Shown piece after piece: positions 20,647 to 30,205 of a DNA stretch of 64,000 nt. The position numbers were made by a program, and so were the translations under genes. Numbering within the stretch: the stretch's first letter is position 1; every line of letters begins with the position of its first letter. Under the pieces are notes generated by a model. That model saw only the letters and a list, made by a program, of their open reading frames with translations, was not told where the DNA came from and did no database searches. Location of the stretch: assembly GCA_964626705.1 (NCBI GenBank), contig CAZVGL010000003.1, positions 6,543-70,542 on the forward strand. Direction: 5' to 3'. This DNA is from an uncultured Candidatus Saccharibacteria bacterium. GTDB taxonomy: Bacteria > Patescibacteriota > Minisyncoccia > Phycocordibacterales > UBA2163.

Positions 20647-22389
20647 TTAATTAATATCTTTTAATTCTTCACTGATATTTTTCTTTATTCTAATCGTAGT
20701 ACTCTTGATCTTTTTGACCAGATGTTCGATCTCTTGTTTCGGACTATCTTTAAGTTTGGTATCTTTAAGCCACTCTTCAAGACCGGTTACATCATTTGAC
20801 AACATTGTCGTAAATTTATCTATATCCCTTGCTACCACGATTTGATACGCATTACGTTTTTTTTGATTTTCAACGTATCTAAGCAAAACAACACTGATAC
20901 CAGACACCACAAGAAGTATAACAAACAAGAGTATTTCAAACCACCCTATGTCTAAAAAGCCAACAGAAAGGATTATTTTACCTTTTATTTTAAAAGTCTG
21001 AGCTTCTGTCGGAAAACTGACAGCTCCACGCTCATCCCTAGCATTAACCTGTAGAGAATACTTACCAAAAGAAAGAGGTTCTTCTACTATTATTTCCCAG
21101 TTACCAAGCTCATCGCTCAAAGTAGACCCTGTGAACAGTTCTTGATTATTTTTGTTTTTTATTGAAATATCTAGAAATATGCTCGGCATTGTCTTACCTG
21201 AAGCAAAAATGAATTCTCCTTGTGATACAGACCTTGTAATGAAATCAACAATAGGTGTCGGAAGTGGAATAATTTCAAACTCCGCATTGTCTTCTACACT
21301 ATTGCCAGCCATGTCTTTTACTCGCACAAGAAGTTGGTGTATCCCAGGTTTTTGTATAGGTAATGCAATAGTAGAGCTTGCAGATATTATTGGCCCAATT
21401 CCATCAATAAATATTTCTGTTTCAGATAATCCAGACAGAGCATCTTGCGTTTCAAATGTTATATTAGGTGTGGGATTATCACTTGCTTCATTGTCTATTT
21501 CGATTTCAAATGGAAGTGGAGCTGTCTTATCAATGGATATTTTATAATAAGCTAGTTCACCCCAACCAAGACTGTTTTTAAATTGCGCCCTTATGTACCA
21601 AATGCCTTCCTCCAAGCTTCCAAAGTTTTTTCCATTATATAATTCATCACTCTTGTCTCCTGATTTCTGGTCACGACTTTGACTTAATCTTGTTGCAACT
21701 TGAATAATATCAGGAGAGAGTTCCCAAAGCGCTATAACCTCTTCTGTGTGTGAATACCATTTTGATTGATCTGGATAAAGCTGTACTGTTATTTCTGGTT
21801 TTTCTGGCAAATCACTAGCAACGACAGCTTGTCTTACTACTTTCTGTGGTTGAACGATCGCTTCAACTACTTCTATAACAGGTGCTTGTGTAGGAGTGAT
21901 TGATTTAGTGCCAATATTTATATTTAAACCTTTTGTAGTAGATAACACATTAGTACCTTTTCCATCACTTGCTGTTATTACTGCATTTGATACAGAAATA
22001 TCTGCAGAACCTACACCTATAGCCTTAAACTTAAGTTTTAAAATCTGAAGCGAATCACCAGAAATACCCTTTGCTGTACCCCCTACGAATTGAATAGTGC
22101 CATTTTCGTTTGAGATAGTTGGCTCTTCAACCCAGAAATTAAATGCTGAATCAATTTTATTAGCATCGACAAGTTCTAATATGTTAGACGGAAATCCTAT
22201 AGTTGCTTGTGATGCATTTATACTATCACCTTCTGAGTCTATCTTTAGGTTTACCTCAAATTCTTGATTAATACCAAAATTAGAACCGCTTGTAGAAAGA
22301 TCGATAGTTGCCGCTTCTGTTAAACCAAAGTTTATAAAAAATATTACAAAAATGAGTGATATTAAATATGTATTAAATACTAAATGCTC
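20647..22389 (-). CDS. Membrane-anchored cohesin-domain / Ig-like surface protein (no canonical start codon)
   Basis: Frame is open from 22389 and encodes a hydrophobic signal plus cohesin-like domain (INASQATIGFP...FNFWVEEP...LKFKA...ITASDGKGT) upstream of the ORF-track start 21948; Ig-like repeats; C-terminal TM and cytoplasmic tail. Confidence 0.75.
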   Translation of the reverse strand, partial: EHLVFNTYLISLIFVIFFINFGLTEAATIDLSTSGSNFGINQEFEVNLKIDSEGDSINASQATIGFPSNILELVDANKIDSAFNFWVEEPTISNENGTIQFVGGTAKGISGDSLQILKLKFKAIGVGSADISVSNAVITASDGKGTNVLSTTKGLNINIGTKSITPTQAPVIEVVEAIVQPQKVVRQAVVASDLPEKPEITVQLYPDQSKWYSHTEEVIALWELSPDIIQVATRLSQSRDQKSGDKSDELYNGKNFGSLEEGIWYIRAQFKNSLGWGELAYYKISIDKTAPLPFEIEIDNEASDNPTPNITFETQDALSGLSETEIFIDGIGPIISASSTIALPIQKPGIHQLLVRVKDMAGNSVEDNAEFEIIPLPTPIVDFITRSVSQGEFIFASGKTMPSIFLDISIKNKNNQELFTGSTLSDELGNWEIIVEEPLSFGKYSLQVNARDERGAVSFPTEAQTFKIKGKIILSVGFLDIGWFEILLFVILLVVSGISVVLLRYVENQKKRNAYQIVVARDIDKFTTMLSNDVTGLEEWLKDTKLKDSPKQEIEHLVKKIKSTTIRIKKNISEELKDIN

Positions 22390-24079
22390 TTAAAAAGATA
22401 CTAAAATCTGATATATTAATAATTCCGTCACCGTCTAAGTCAATCTTTGACTTAAGATCTGACTTTTCAGACCCCCATCTAAACAAAAATATACTCCAAT
22501 CAGTAATACCTATCTTACTATCACTATTAAAATCAGCTGACGGAATACTTAATTCGTTTAGTTTAAATGTTCGTGATATTGAAAAATTACTAATCTTTGA
22601 TTCTGTTGCAGAGCTTGCTATTTGTCGTGCACGAACTGCATGACTTCCTACATTTAAATCATCTGTATCAATACTAAATTCATAGAAACCTTCTGTATTT
22701 GATGTAGTTTCTTTTTTTGTATCACTTATCTCTAATTCTACAATATTATTTGGTGCTGCGTAACCTAAGATATGCACATTTGCTCCTTTTTTTATAATAC
22801 TGTTTTCAAACCCAACTGTAGGGGGCATAAAGATATCCTCTACCACTAAATCTTCTGTGGCAAGATTAACATTAAAAGACATTATTCCAGTCTTCCTTCC
22901 ATCTTTGTCCTCAACCCTTAATGCTATTAGGTAGTCGGCTCCAAGTAATCCAAGGTGAAGTATTGAAAAAGTACCATCATCACTTACTACCGACTCTTCT
23001 ATAGGAATATTTTTATAAAGATCATCGAGTGAACCTTTTCTCAAAACCTCTATTTTACTTTTTGGATATGCTTGTCCTGACAGATGGATCTTACTTGCAG
23101 AGACTCCACCACCACCTGTTGGTATAGATATAGTTGGCTCTTCTGCTTCAGCTGAAGTCGATAAACTTGGTACATTAGATATAGCAGATTCGTTTGGCAC
23201 CTCATCGGAAGTTTTGATAGCAAAATAATATGTTGTGTCAGAACTTAGTCCAGTCACCGTCATTGACTCACTTGATCCAGCTACAGATGGTGTAGGTTCA
23301 CCTGTTGCTTCTGTAGCAGATGCCCAATTACCATCGTTAATAGTAGCTGTTGAATATCGTATGTCATAACTTGTAGCAGTACCAGATCCCGCATCATCAC
23401 CTGGAGCAGTCCAATCCAGATCAATTGTAGTTTCTGTGGCGCCAGATGTTGCTAGATCTGAAACTGCTGATGGCGCTGTGGTGTCAGATGCTGGAGTATA
23501 TGTTATTACAGCAGATATTTGACTAACTCTTGAAATTTTAGATGAGTTATTAGTCACACCGATCTCTATATCGGTACTACCACTCTTTACAATACTTAAA
23601 CCTGTATGAGATTGTGTTGTTTCCGCATATGAAGTGCCTGGAGAGATATCAACTCCAGAGTTTGTACATGATGCATCTACACATTTTCTTGTTTGTATTT
23701 TTGCACCACCTTGTTGCCTGTCAGCACAAATAGTTATATCGATTTGTGTAATTGTCGCATCGTCTGGGACGCTAGATTCATCTATATCAAATGTCTGATT
23801 CGCACCATTTGTACCCGTAGTTATATACGAAGTATCTCCATCGCTATTACTACAACTTCCACCAGAGGATTCATCAACTTCCGTATAACAAGTGGTAGAA
23901 TTACACGCAGTTCCGCCTGTATTTGTCCAATTTGCACTATCATTACCGCCGTCAGTAGTTGGACGTAATGTGCTTGTGGTATCCGCAAACACAACACTAA
24001 ATACAGAGATAGAAAAAACAACAAGAAAAATTAACAAAACTTCCCTATTAGTTTTTTTAGAGATAAAACTCTTAAGCAT
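22373..24079 (-). CDS. Secreted protein: Cys-rich N-domain, fibronectin type III, Ig-like, C-terminal dockerin
   Basis: Signal peptide; DTTAPSAVSDL...WTAPGDD...YDIRYS...YYFAIK (Fn3); ADFNSDSKIGITDWSIFL and DLDGDGIINISDFSIFL (dockerin duplicate). Confidence 0.85.
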   Translation of the reverse strand: MLKSFISKKTNREVLLIFLVVFSISVFSVVFADTTSTLRPTTDGGNDSANWTNTGGTACNSTTCYTEVDESSGGSCSNSDGDTSYITTGTNGANQTFDIDESSVPDDATITQIDITICADRQQGGAKIQTRKCVDASCTNSGVDISPGTSYAETTQSHTGLSIVKSGSTDIEIGVTNNSSKISRVSQISAVITYTPASDTTAPSAVSDLATSGATETTIDLDWTAPGDDAGSGTATSYDIRYSTATINDGNWASATEATGEPTPSVAGSSESMTVTGLSSDTTYYFAIKTSDEVPNESAISNVPSLSTSAEAEEPTISIPTGGGGVSASKIHLSGQAYPKSKIEVLRKGSLDDLYKNIPIEESVVSDDGTFSILHLGLLGADYLIALRVEDKDGRKTGIMSFNVNLATEDLVVEDIFMPPTVGFENSIIKKGANVHILGYAAPNNIVELEISDTKKETTSNTEGFYEFSIDTDDLNVGSHAVRARQIASSATESKISNFSISRTFKLNELSIPSADFNSDSKIGITDWSIFLFRWGSEKSDLKSKIDLDGDGIINISDFSIFLRAFSI

Positions 24080-24094
24080 TGATTAAATTATATC

Positions 24095-24139
24095 AAAAAA
24101 GCAATAATCATGTACATGATTATTGCTTTTTTATCCACA
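24095..24139. terminator. 38-bp perfect palindrome/terminator abutting a DnaA box
   Basis: aaaaaagcaataatcatgt|acatgattattgctttttt; ttatccaca at 24131-24139. Confidence 0.7.
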
Positions 24140-24162
24140 GTTAGATTATAAAAATAATTTTA

Positions 24163-24618
24163 CTATTTTTCTTTTTTTATCTCCTTTACTTCATCTGCAA
24201 GAGATATTGGTTTTTCTTCTGCTTGTTCAGCTTCAGGATGAGATTCTTTTTCAAAGAATACTTTTACTTTATCAATAATCTCAGATACTGCATGCTGAGA
24301 CTTTACAATATAATCATTTGCACCAAGCTTTAGTCCTTTTTTTATATCTTCGTCACTTCCAAGCATTGTAAGCATTATTACAGGAATATCTTTTGTAACA
24401 GGAGATTTTTTTAATCCTTCTAATACCTCAAATCCTCCTTTTTTAGGCATTAGTACATCAGAAAGTATAAGATCTGGTTTTTTGGACTGAGCTAATTCAA
24501 GTCCTTTTTCACCATCATTTGCTTCTGATACCTCAAAACCAGCTTCTTTAAGCTCTTCATGTATAACTTTTGACAATATTTTGTCGTCTTCAATAAGTAA
24601 AATTTTAATTTTAGTCAT
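24163..24618 (-). CDS. Response regulator receiver with short charged tail
   Basis: IEDD, DLILSDVLMP, MLT, YIVKS; no DNA-binding domain. Confidence 0.92.
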   Translation of the reverse strand: MTKIKILLIEDDKILSKVIHEELKEAGFEVSEANDGEKGLELAQSKKPDLILSDVLMPKKGGFEVLEGLKKSPVTKDIPVIMLTMLGSDEDIKKGLKLGANDYIVKSQHAVSEIIDKVKVFFEKESHPEAEQAEEKPISLADEVKEIKKEK

Positions 24619-24631
24619 AATTTATAATATC

Positions 24632-25012
24632 TTAATTATCTTTAAGTATACCACAAACTCTATCTATAATACCCTTCATCGTGTGATGTGATTTAAGCAA
24701 TGCGTCTGCAGCGCCCATTTTCATAGTTTCTTCAAGTTTTTCTTCATTTGCACTTACTGTAAGGATAACCACGGGAATATTTTTTGTAGAATCGTCAGCT
24801 TTTAATTCTTTTAATACTTCAAAGCCATCTTTTTTAGGCATAAGTAAATCAAGAAGCACTATATCTGGTTTTTGGGATCTAATTAGCTCTAACCCTTTCT
24901 CTCCATCAAATGCTTGGTATACCTCGCACCCTTCTTCTCGAAGTTCATCAGACAACATTCCTGATAATAATCCGTTATCTTCGACTAAAACAATTCTTTT
25001 CTTATCGTCCAT
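24632..25012 (-). CDS. Single-domain response regulator (receiver only)
   Basis: VEDN, DIVLLDLLMPKKDG, ILT, LLKS. Confidence 0.92.
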   Translation of the reverse strand: MDDKKRIVLVEDNGLLSGMLSDELREEGCEVYQAFDGEKGLELIRSQKPDIVLLDLLMPKKDGFEVLKELKADDSTKNIPVVILTVSANEEKLEETMKMGAADALLKSHHTMKGIIDRVCGILKDN

Positions 25013-25054
25013 AGTTATAATTTAATTATATATAATACAATTGATAATAACACA

Positions 25055-27547
25055 CTATAGCAAATCTTTCCCGCCCTCACTCTTTTTTATTTCAATAGGT
25101 AGTTCAATGTAAAATGTAGTACCTTTACCTTCATGCGAGATAAAGTCTATTTTGCCACCAAGTGCTTCTGTTGCACTTTTTGCTATATATAGACCAAGTC
25201 CCGTACCGTCTGTTTTTACAACTTTTGCATTGTCTGCTCTGTGGAACTTTTCAAACATTCTTGACTGCTCTTTTTCCGGTATCCCGATTCCAGTATCTTT
25301 TACTTTTATCATGACGTCACTATTTTTTTCAACACATACCTCTATAGATCCAGATTCTGGAGTATATTCTATTGCATTGGACACTATAGACTGTATTACA
25401 TTGCGCAAAACTTTTGGATCACTTTTTATTTCAAAATTATCTGGATGATCTTCAAATTTTAATGTTATATTCTTTTTTACCAAAAGTGGTGTTAATTCTC
25501 CTAAATAATCTTCAATGAATTTTATTAGGTCTAATTTTTCTGGTGTTACAGCAACACCTCCTCCGCTTTCAATCCTAGAAACGTTAAGTAAAGAGTCTAC
25601 AAGTTCTGACAACCTCACAGATGAAGTGTGTAGATCTTTAAGGTATTCTTTCCCTTGATCACTTAGACCAATTTCTTTTTTCAAAAACCTTTCGATCACC
25701 CATTGTATACCAGTCATAGGTGTACGAAGTTGATGCGATGCTACAGATATAAATTCACTTTTCGCACGGTCTATCTCTCTTTCTTTTGTTATATCTCTAA
25801 ACACTACAATACAACCAGTAACATTTCCGTTCTTATCTTTAAGTGGGGCCGCACTATCCGCTACTGGTATTTTCCTCCCATCTCTTTGTATCAACATTGT
25901 ATTAGATGGCATCTTTTGGTTTGTACCAGTACTCATTACATCCTCGATGAACTCAGTATTTATTTTTGTAGGATCTTTTTCATCTATAAATTTAAGTATT
26001 TTATTGTACGGCTTGCCTATAACTTCACCTCGTTTAAACCCTGAAATCTTCTCTGCTTGGGAGTTAAATACGATAATATTACGATTTCTATCTACTACAA
26101 ACACACCGTCGCCAATGTTGTGTAGAATAGAACTAACTTTTTCTTCTTCAAGGTCTGCTTTATCTTTCTCATCTTTTATATCTTCAAGAATATTAAGTAT
26201 GGCCATCTGCTGTGTCTCAAGTTTTCCCTTTTGATCCGTAATATTGTCAGTTTGATCATTAACCTTTTTTTCAATATTTCCACGCGAATCTTTTATAGAT
26301 GCTGCCATATTATTGAACGAATCACCCAACTTCCCTATTTCATCTACAGAATCAATGTTAACCCTATAGTCCAAATCTCCTTTTTCTAAAATTTTAGTAC
26401 CTTCATAAAGTTTTTCAATTGGCCCTGATATTTTCCTAGAAATAAAATATGCAAATATTATTATCAGAAACAAAGATCCAAAACTAATAAGGATCAGAGT
26501 ATTCCTTAAGTTTGTAACAGGCGCCAATATTACTTCCCTAGGTATTATTTCAAATATCACAAAGAAAGACTCATCACTAAAACTGCTTGGAAACACTTGT
26601 TTATAAGCAATAGCGTGATTATGTTTTGGCATATCAACAGAGTCAGCACCACCAGATAGAATGATGTCTGCCATTCCAGATTGTAGATTATTACTAATAT
26701 TATGCCCCGTATTTAAATCCCCTTCATTTCCCCACTCCTTATCCTTTTGTGGATGTGCAATATAAAAACCTCTTTCATCTACAATAAATTTACCTACATT
26801 ATCATAATCAATATCATTCTCTTTATAAGAATGCTTAAATTCATTTAGAAAACTATCAGCATTTATATTTGTTATTACAACCCCCTTTCTATTACCACTA
26901 TTGTCAAATATTGGTGTAGCATACCTTATTGTTGGCTTAAAAGGCGATTCTATCTCTGCCAAAATACCCTCTCTATTAAGATCTAACGGAGATACAAAAA
27001 TATTACCTCGGTCTAGTTTCATAGTATCTTTAAAATAATATCTATTAGCTTTGTTTTGTAGATTTTCTATTGAAATGATTTCGGCAGCACCATCTCTAGA
27101 ATCTACACGCACAAGCTCATTTCCATTTTCATCCAAATACCTTATTTGCATATATGCCTTATTGGATGAGGCTATTTCCATAAATATAGTTCCAAGTCTT
27201 GATGTCCATTGTTCATAAGTTGACACACCTTCAGTATCAATACCATTATTTTTATTTGCACGTATTATTCCTTGAATTGGTGGCACACCACCTAAAAACA
27301 AGACCTCTCTTTCTAGACCACTTAACACCTGATTTATCTTGTTCACATGTTGATCTACATCAACTTCAAGTTCACTCAATGTCTTGTCGAGCAGTATATT
27401 ACTTGATGAATAGAAACTAAAAAACCCAGACGTAATAAGTGGTATTATTGCAACTACTAAAAACGTAAAAAGTAATTTTCTATTTATGGAACTAAAGAAA
27501 AAATTCCTTAAGGCTAAACGTAGTTTTTTGTAGACTTTTTTTGGCAC
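25055..27547 (-). CDS. Sensor histidine kinase: TM-Cache-TM-HAMP-PAS-HisKA-HATPase
   Basis: LQNKANRYYF Cache; HAMP DEIGKL; PAS IGDGVFVVD...VVFRDIT; ASHQLRTP; N, G1, F and G2 boxes. Confidence 0.95.
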   Translation of the reverse strand: MPKKVYKKLRLALRNFFFSSINRKLLFTFLVVAIIPLITSGFFSFYSSSNILLDKTLSELEVDVDQHVNKINQVLSGLEREVLFLGGVPPIQGIIRANKNNGIDTEGVSTYEQWTSRLGTIFMEIASSNKAYMQIRYLDENGNELVRVDSRDGAAEIISIENLQNKANRYYFKDTMKLDRGNIFVSPLDLNREGILAEIESPFKPTIRYATPIFDNSGNRKGVVITNINADSFLNEFKHSYKENDIDYDNVGKFIVDERGFYIAHPQKDKEWGNEGDLNTGHNISNNLQSGMADIILSGGADSVDMPKHNHAIAYKQVFPSSFSDESFFVIFEIIPREVILAPVTNLRNTLILISFGSLFLIIIFAYFISRKISGPIEKLYEGTKILEKGDLDYRVNIDSVDEIGKLGDSFNNMAASIKDSRGNIEKKVNDQTDNITDQKGKLETQQMAILNILEDIKDEKDKADLEEEKVSSILHNIGDGVFVVDRNRNIIVFNSQAEKISGFKRGEVIGKPYNKILKFIDEKDPTKINTEFIEDVMSTGTNQKMPSNTMLIQRDGRKIPVADSAAPLKDKNGNVTGCIVVFRDITKEREIDRAKSEFISVASHQLRTPMTGIQWVIERFLKKEIGLSDQGKEYLKDLHTSSVRLSELVDSLLNVSRIESGGGVAVTPEKLDLIKFIEDYLGELTPLLVKKNITLKFEDHPDNFEIKSDPKVLRNVIQSIVSNAIEYTPESGSIEVCVEKNSDVMIKVKDTGIGIPEKEQSRMFEKFHRADNAKVVKTDGTGLGLYIAKSATEALGGKIDFISHEGKGTTFYIELPIEIKKSEGGKDLL

Positions 27548-27567
27548 TTTAATTTTTAAAATTTAAT

Positions 27568-28006
27568 TTAGAAAACACCCCAATAACTATATACGCCAGC
27601 TTCTTCGGACTCAATCCTGATTTGAAAAGATGATTTTATATGAATAAATTCATCATAGAAATCCAAGATATGCTCCCTTATGGCTCCTTCATCTTTGTAT
27701 TTATCCATAAAACCGATTACGATATTTTCTATATCACGCATCTCAGAAATAAACTTTTCTGTATTAGATGTATCAGTACCTCTTTCTTTCATATCTTTTA
27801 CAAGCTCAATATAAAACACCTCATCTTCTAATTTTACATGTGACGTAAAATTACTTGAAAACATATTAAGACTTATAAGAATATTCGAGGCATTCTCAAT
27901 CTTTTTTTTCTTTGGAAAAGTCTAAAATCGTATCAACATTTTTCCTTAAAGTATTATGTTGACCCATCAACTTCTCAATAAGATCTTTTTTTTCTTTTAT
28001 AATCAT
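27568..28006 (-). pseudogene. Hemerythrin-like (HHE) protein split by a +1 frameshift in an A8 run
   Basis: ATG at 28006 gives MIIKEKKDLIEKLMGQHNTL...KEKKD-stop; removing one A at 27902-27909 joins it to ...SHVKLEDEVFY...RIESEEAGVY. Confidence 0.7.
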
Positions 28007-28012
28007 AGTTAT

Positions 28013-29338
28013 TTATAATTTATTATCTTCGATTTTAGTCTCTAGGTCAACTATCTTCTTTTTTAATTCTATCATCTTGATCTCTCTTCCTGCCATAGCG
28101 CTAGAGACTTCTTGTGCTTGCTTCACCGCAACCTCTGCTTGCTCCTGTCTTTTTGTAATCTCTTTTGTTTGTTCCTTTATTTTACGATCAACATCTTTTC
28201 TTGACTCTTTTATTGCAATAATCATCTTATCAAAAGATCGAGCAAGTCCACCTATCTCATCCTTAGAGTCACTATTTATTTTATAACTTAAATCTCCACC
28301 CTCAACCTTTTTTACAGCATCTTGAAGATCTCTTAGCGGTTTCATAAATAAAGATATTAAATAAGTCAGAGACATTATTGCAAAAAGTGCAGCGATCAGC
28401 ACAAACCCACTTAAAATATATGCAAGATTATACGAAGAAGAGACAGCTTCTTCAACATTTCTACTGATGATTAGAAAAAATGGATATTCTTCAACCTTAA
28501 CCATGCTAGCAATCTCACTCTTTTTATCCATATCATCATAAATTTCGAATGTTTGCGTGTCATTTATGGTGTATATATTTTGTTGTAATAAGTCATAACC
28601 AAGTGGCTTTATGTCTATTCCTGAAAATCTCCTACCCTCCTCTAGAATCTTTTGCTCCTTAACACCTAACTGTCCGAGACTACTAAATAGTCTATTCTCT
28701 TTATTAGAAAAGATTACTACACCATAATTATCCGTCATCATTACCTGAAGATCTTCCTCGCTTCTACGCGTAGAGACAGAGTTAGAAATCACCTCTGGTT
28801 TTAATTTAGTAACAGCTACCCCAACAATTTGACCATCCTTATTCTTCACAGGATGAGCAAAATAATATCCAAGCTTGCTACTTGTAACACCTAAGACAAC
28901 ATCTGTTGTAAATTTCCCAGTTAGAGCATTTTTGAAGTAATTTCTAAATCCATAATTTTTTCCTACAAAACTTTCATCCGTAGATGCAACAGTGGTACCA
29001 TCTGGAAGCATTAAGTATATTGCAGAATATATATCTCCAATATTATGCTCCTGTAGCTCTTGAAGTATATAGAGCTCTTGATGTTCTTCTGCTCCAGAAT
29101 CCATATATTCTACAACCTCTTCACGTTGAGATATATTTTTCACAGTAAGACTAATCTGATTGAGTATTTGCGTTGTATTGTGAGCAATACCTGAAGATAA
29201 AATATTTAAATCTTGCTCTGACCTTTCCCTAATCTCATTTCTTGAATAGAAAAATACGGAAACAACAGCCAACCCACCGAAAACAAAGATAATAAGTGTT
29301 ATAGATAGAATTATTTTATTTTTTAATGAAATCTGCAT
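28013..29338 (-). CDS. Kinase-less membrane sensor: DctB-like dCache, HAMP, coiled-coil tail
   Basis: GKNYGFRNYF...LGVTSSKLGYYFAHPV; HAMP DEIGGLARSFDKM; ends AMAGREIKMIELKKKI. Confidence 0.85.
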   Translation of the reverse strand: MQISLKNKIILSITLIIFVFGGLAVVSVFFYSRNEIRERSEQDLNILSSGIAHNTTQILNQISLTVKNISQREEVVEYMDSGAEEHQELYILQELQEHNIGDIYSAIYLMLPDGTTVASTDESFVGKNYGFRNYFKNALTGKFTTDVVLGVTSSKLGYYFAHPVKNKDGQIVGVAVTKLKPEVISNSVSTRRSEEDLQVMMTDNYGVVIFSNKENRLFSSLGQLGVKEQKILEEGRRFSGIDIKPLGYDLLQQNIYTINDTQTFEIYDDMDKKSEIASMVKVEEYPFFLIISRNVEEAVSSSYNLAYILSGFVLIAALFAIMSLTYLISLFMKPLRDLQDAVKKVEGGDLSYKINSDSKDEIGGLARSFDKMIIAIKESRKDVDRKIKEQTKEITKRQEQAEVAVKQAQEVSSAMAGREIKMIELKKKIVDLETKIEDNKL

Positions 29339-29349
29339 TGTAACTTTTT

Positions 29350-29766
29350 TTAAGACAAACCATTGTCAGTGAATGTTTCTATATACCCCATATCTTCATT
29401 TAAGATGTGGCCAATCCACCAATCTTCTAAGAAATCTAACACTTCAAAGAGAAAGCTCGTCATTGCCCCATCTCCCAGAGTATTAATTTTTTCTTGAAAT
29501 TCTCCTATTTTTGTCCTGTAACTATTGTGACTTTCCTTATGCTTATCAGAGTCAGCATAATTAAATTGATCAAAATACTTTTCTTCAGTCTTAAAATGAT
29601 AATTAGCATAATCATTAAGACCTCCAATCAGCTTGAGCGCTTCTTCTCTAGGTCCATTGTTTTTAATAAGCTCGTCCATAGCATTTAAGAATCCAAACAA
29701 CTTCTGATGCTGTTCATTGATCTCTTTAACCTTTACACTATATTCTTCTTTCCATTCTAATTTCAT
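29350..29766 (-). CDS. Bacteriohemerythrin
   Basis: EQH, HFKTEE, HKESH, WWIGHILNED: full di-iron ligand set. Confidence 0.93.
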   Translation of the reverse strand: MKLEWKEEYSVKVKEINEQHQKLFGFLNAMDELIKNNGPREEALKLIGGLNDYANYHFKTEEKYFDQFNYADSDKHKESHNSYRTKIGEFQEKINTLGDGAMTSFLFEVLDFLEDWWIGHILNEDMGYIETFTDNGLS

Positions 29767-29774
29767 ATTATCTA

Positions 29775-30191
29775 TTACACTAATCCGTTATCATTAAATG
29801 TTTTTGTATACTCTTTATCTTTATGTAAGATATGTCCCACCCACCAGTCCTCAAGAAAATCTAACATTTCAAATGCTAGCTTGATCGCATCACCACCGTT
29901 TAACTCAGCTACTTTTTTCTCAAAATCTATTACCTTATCCATATAGTCATGGTGACGTTTTTTATGATCTTCTTTGTCCTCATAATCAAACTGGTCAAAG
30001 TACTTTTCTTCTGTTGCAAAATGAAACTTTGCATAGTCATTTAAGTTGTCTATCGTAGCAGTTAATCCTTCTTTTGCATTATCTGAATGAGTTGAATTAT
30101 CAAGTTCATTAATAAAACCTATAATTTTTTTATGTTGATTGTTTATTTCTTCAACACCAACACCATATTCTTCTTTCCATTCTAATTTCAT
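29775..30191 (-). CDS. Bacteriohemerythrin (tandem paralog)
   Basis: NQH, HFATEE, HKKRH, WWVGHILHKD. Confidence 0.93.
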   Translation of the reverse strand: MKLEWKEEYGVGVEEINNQHKKIIGFINELDNSTHSDNAKEGLTATIDNLNDYAKFHFATEEKYFDQFDYEDKEDHKKRHHDYMDKVIDFEKKVAELNGGDAIKLAFEMLDFLEDWWVGHILHKDKEYTKTFNDNGLV

Positions 30192-30205
30192 ATTATTTTA
30201 TTAAA

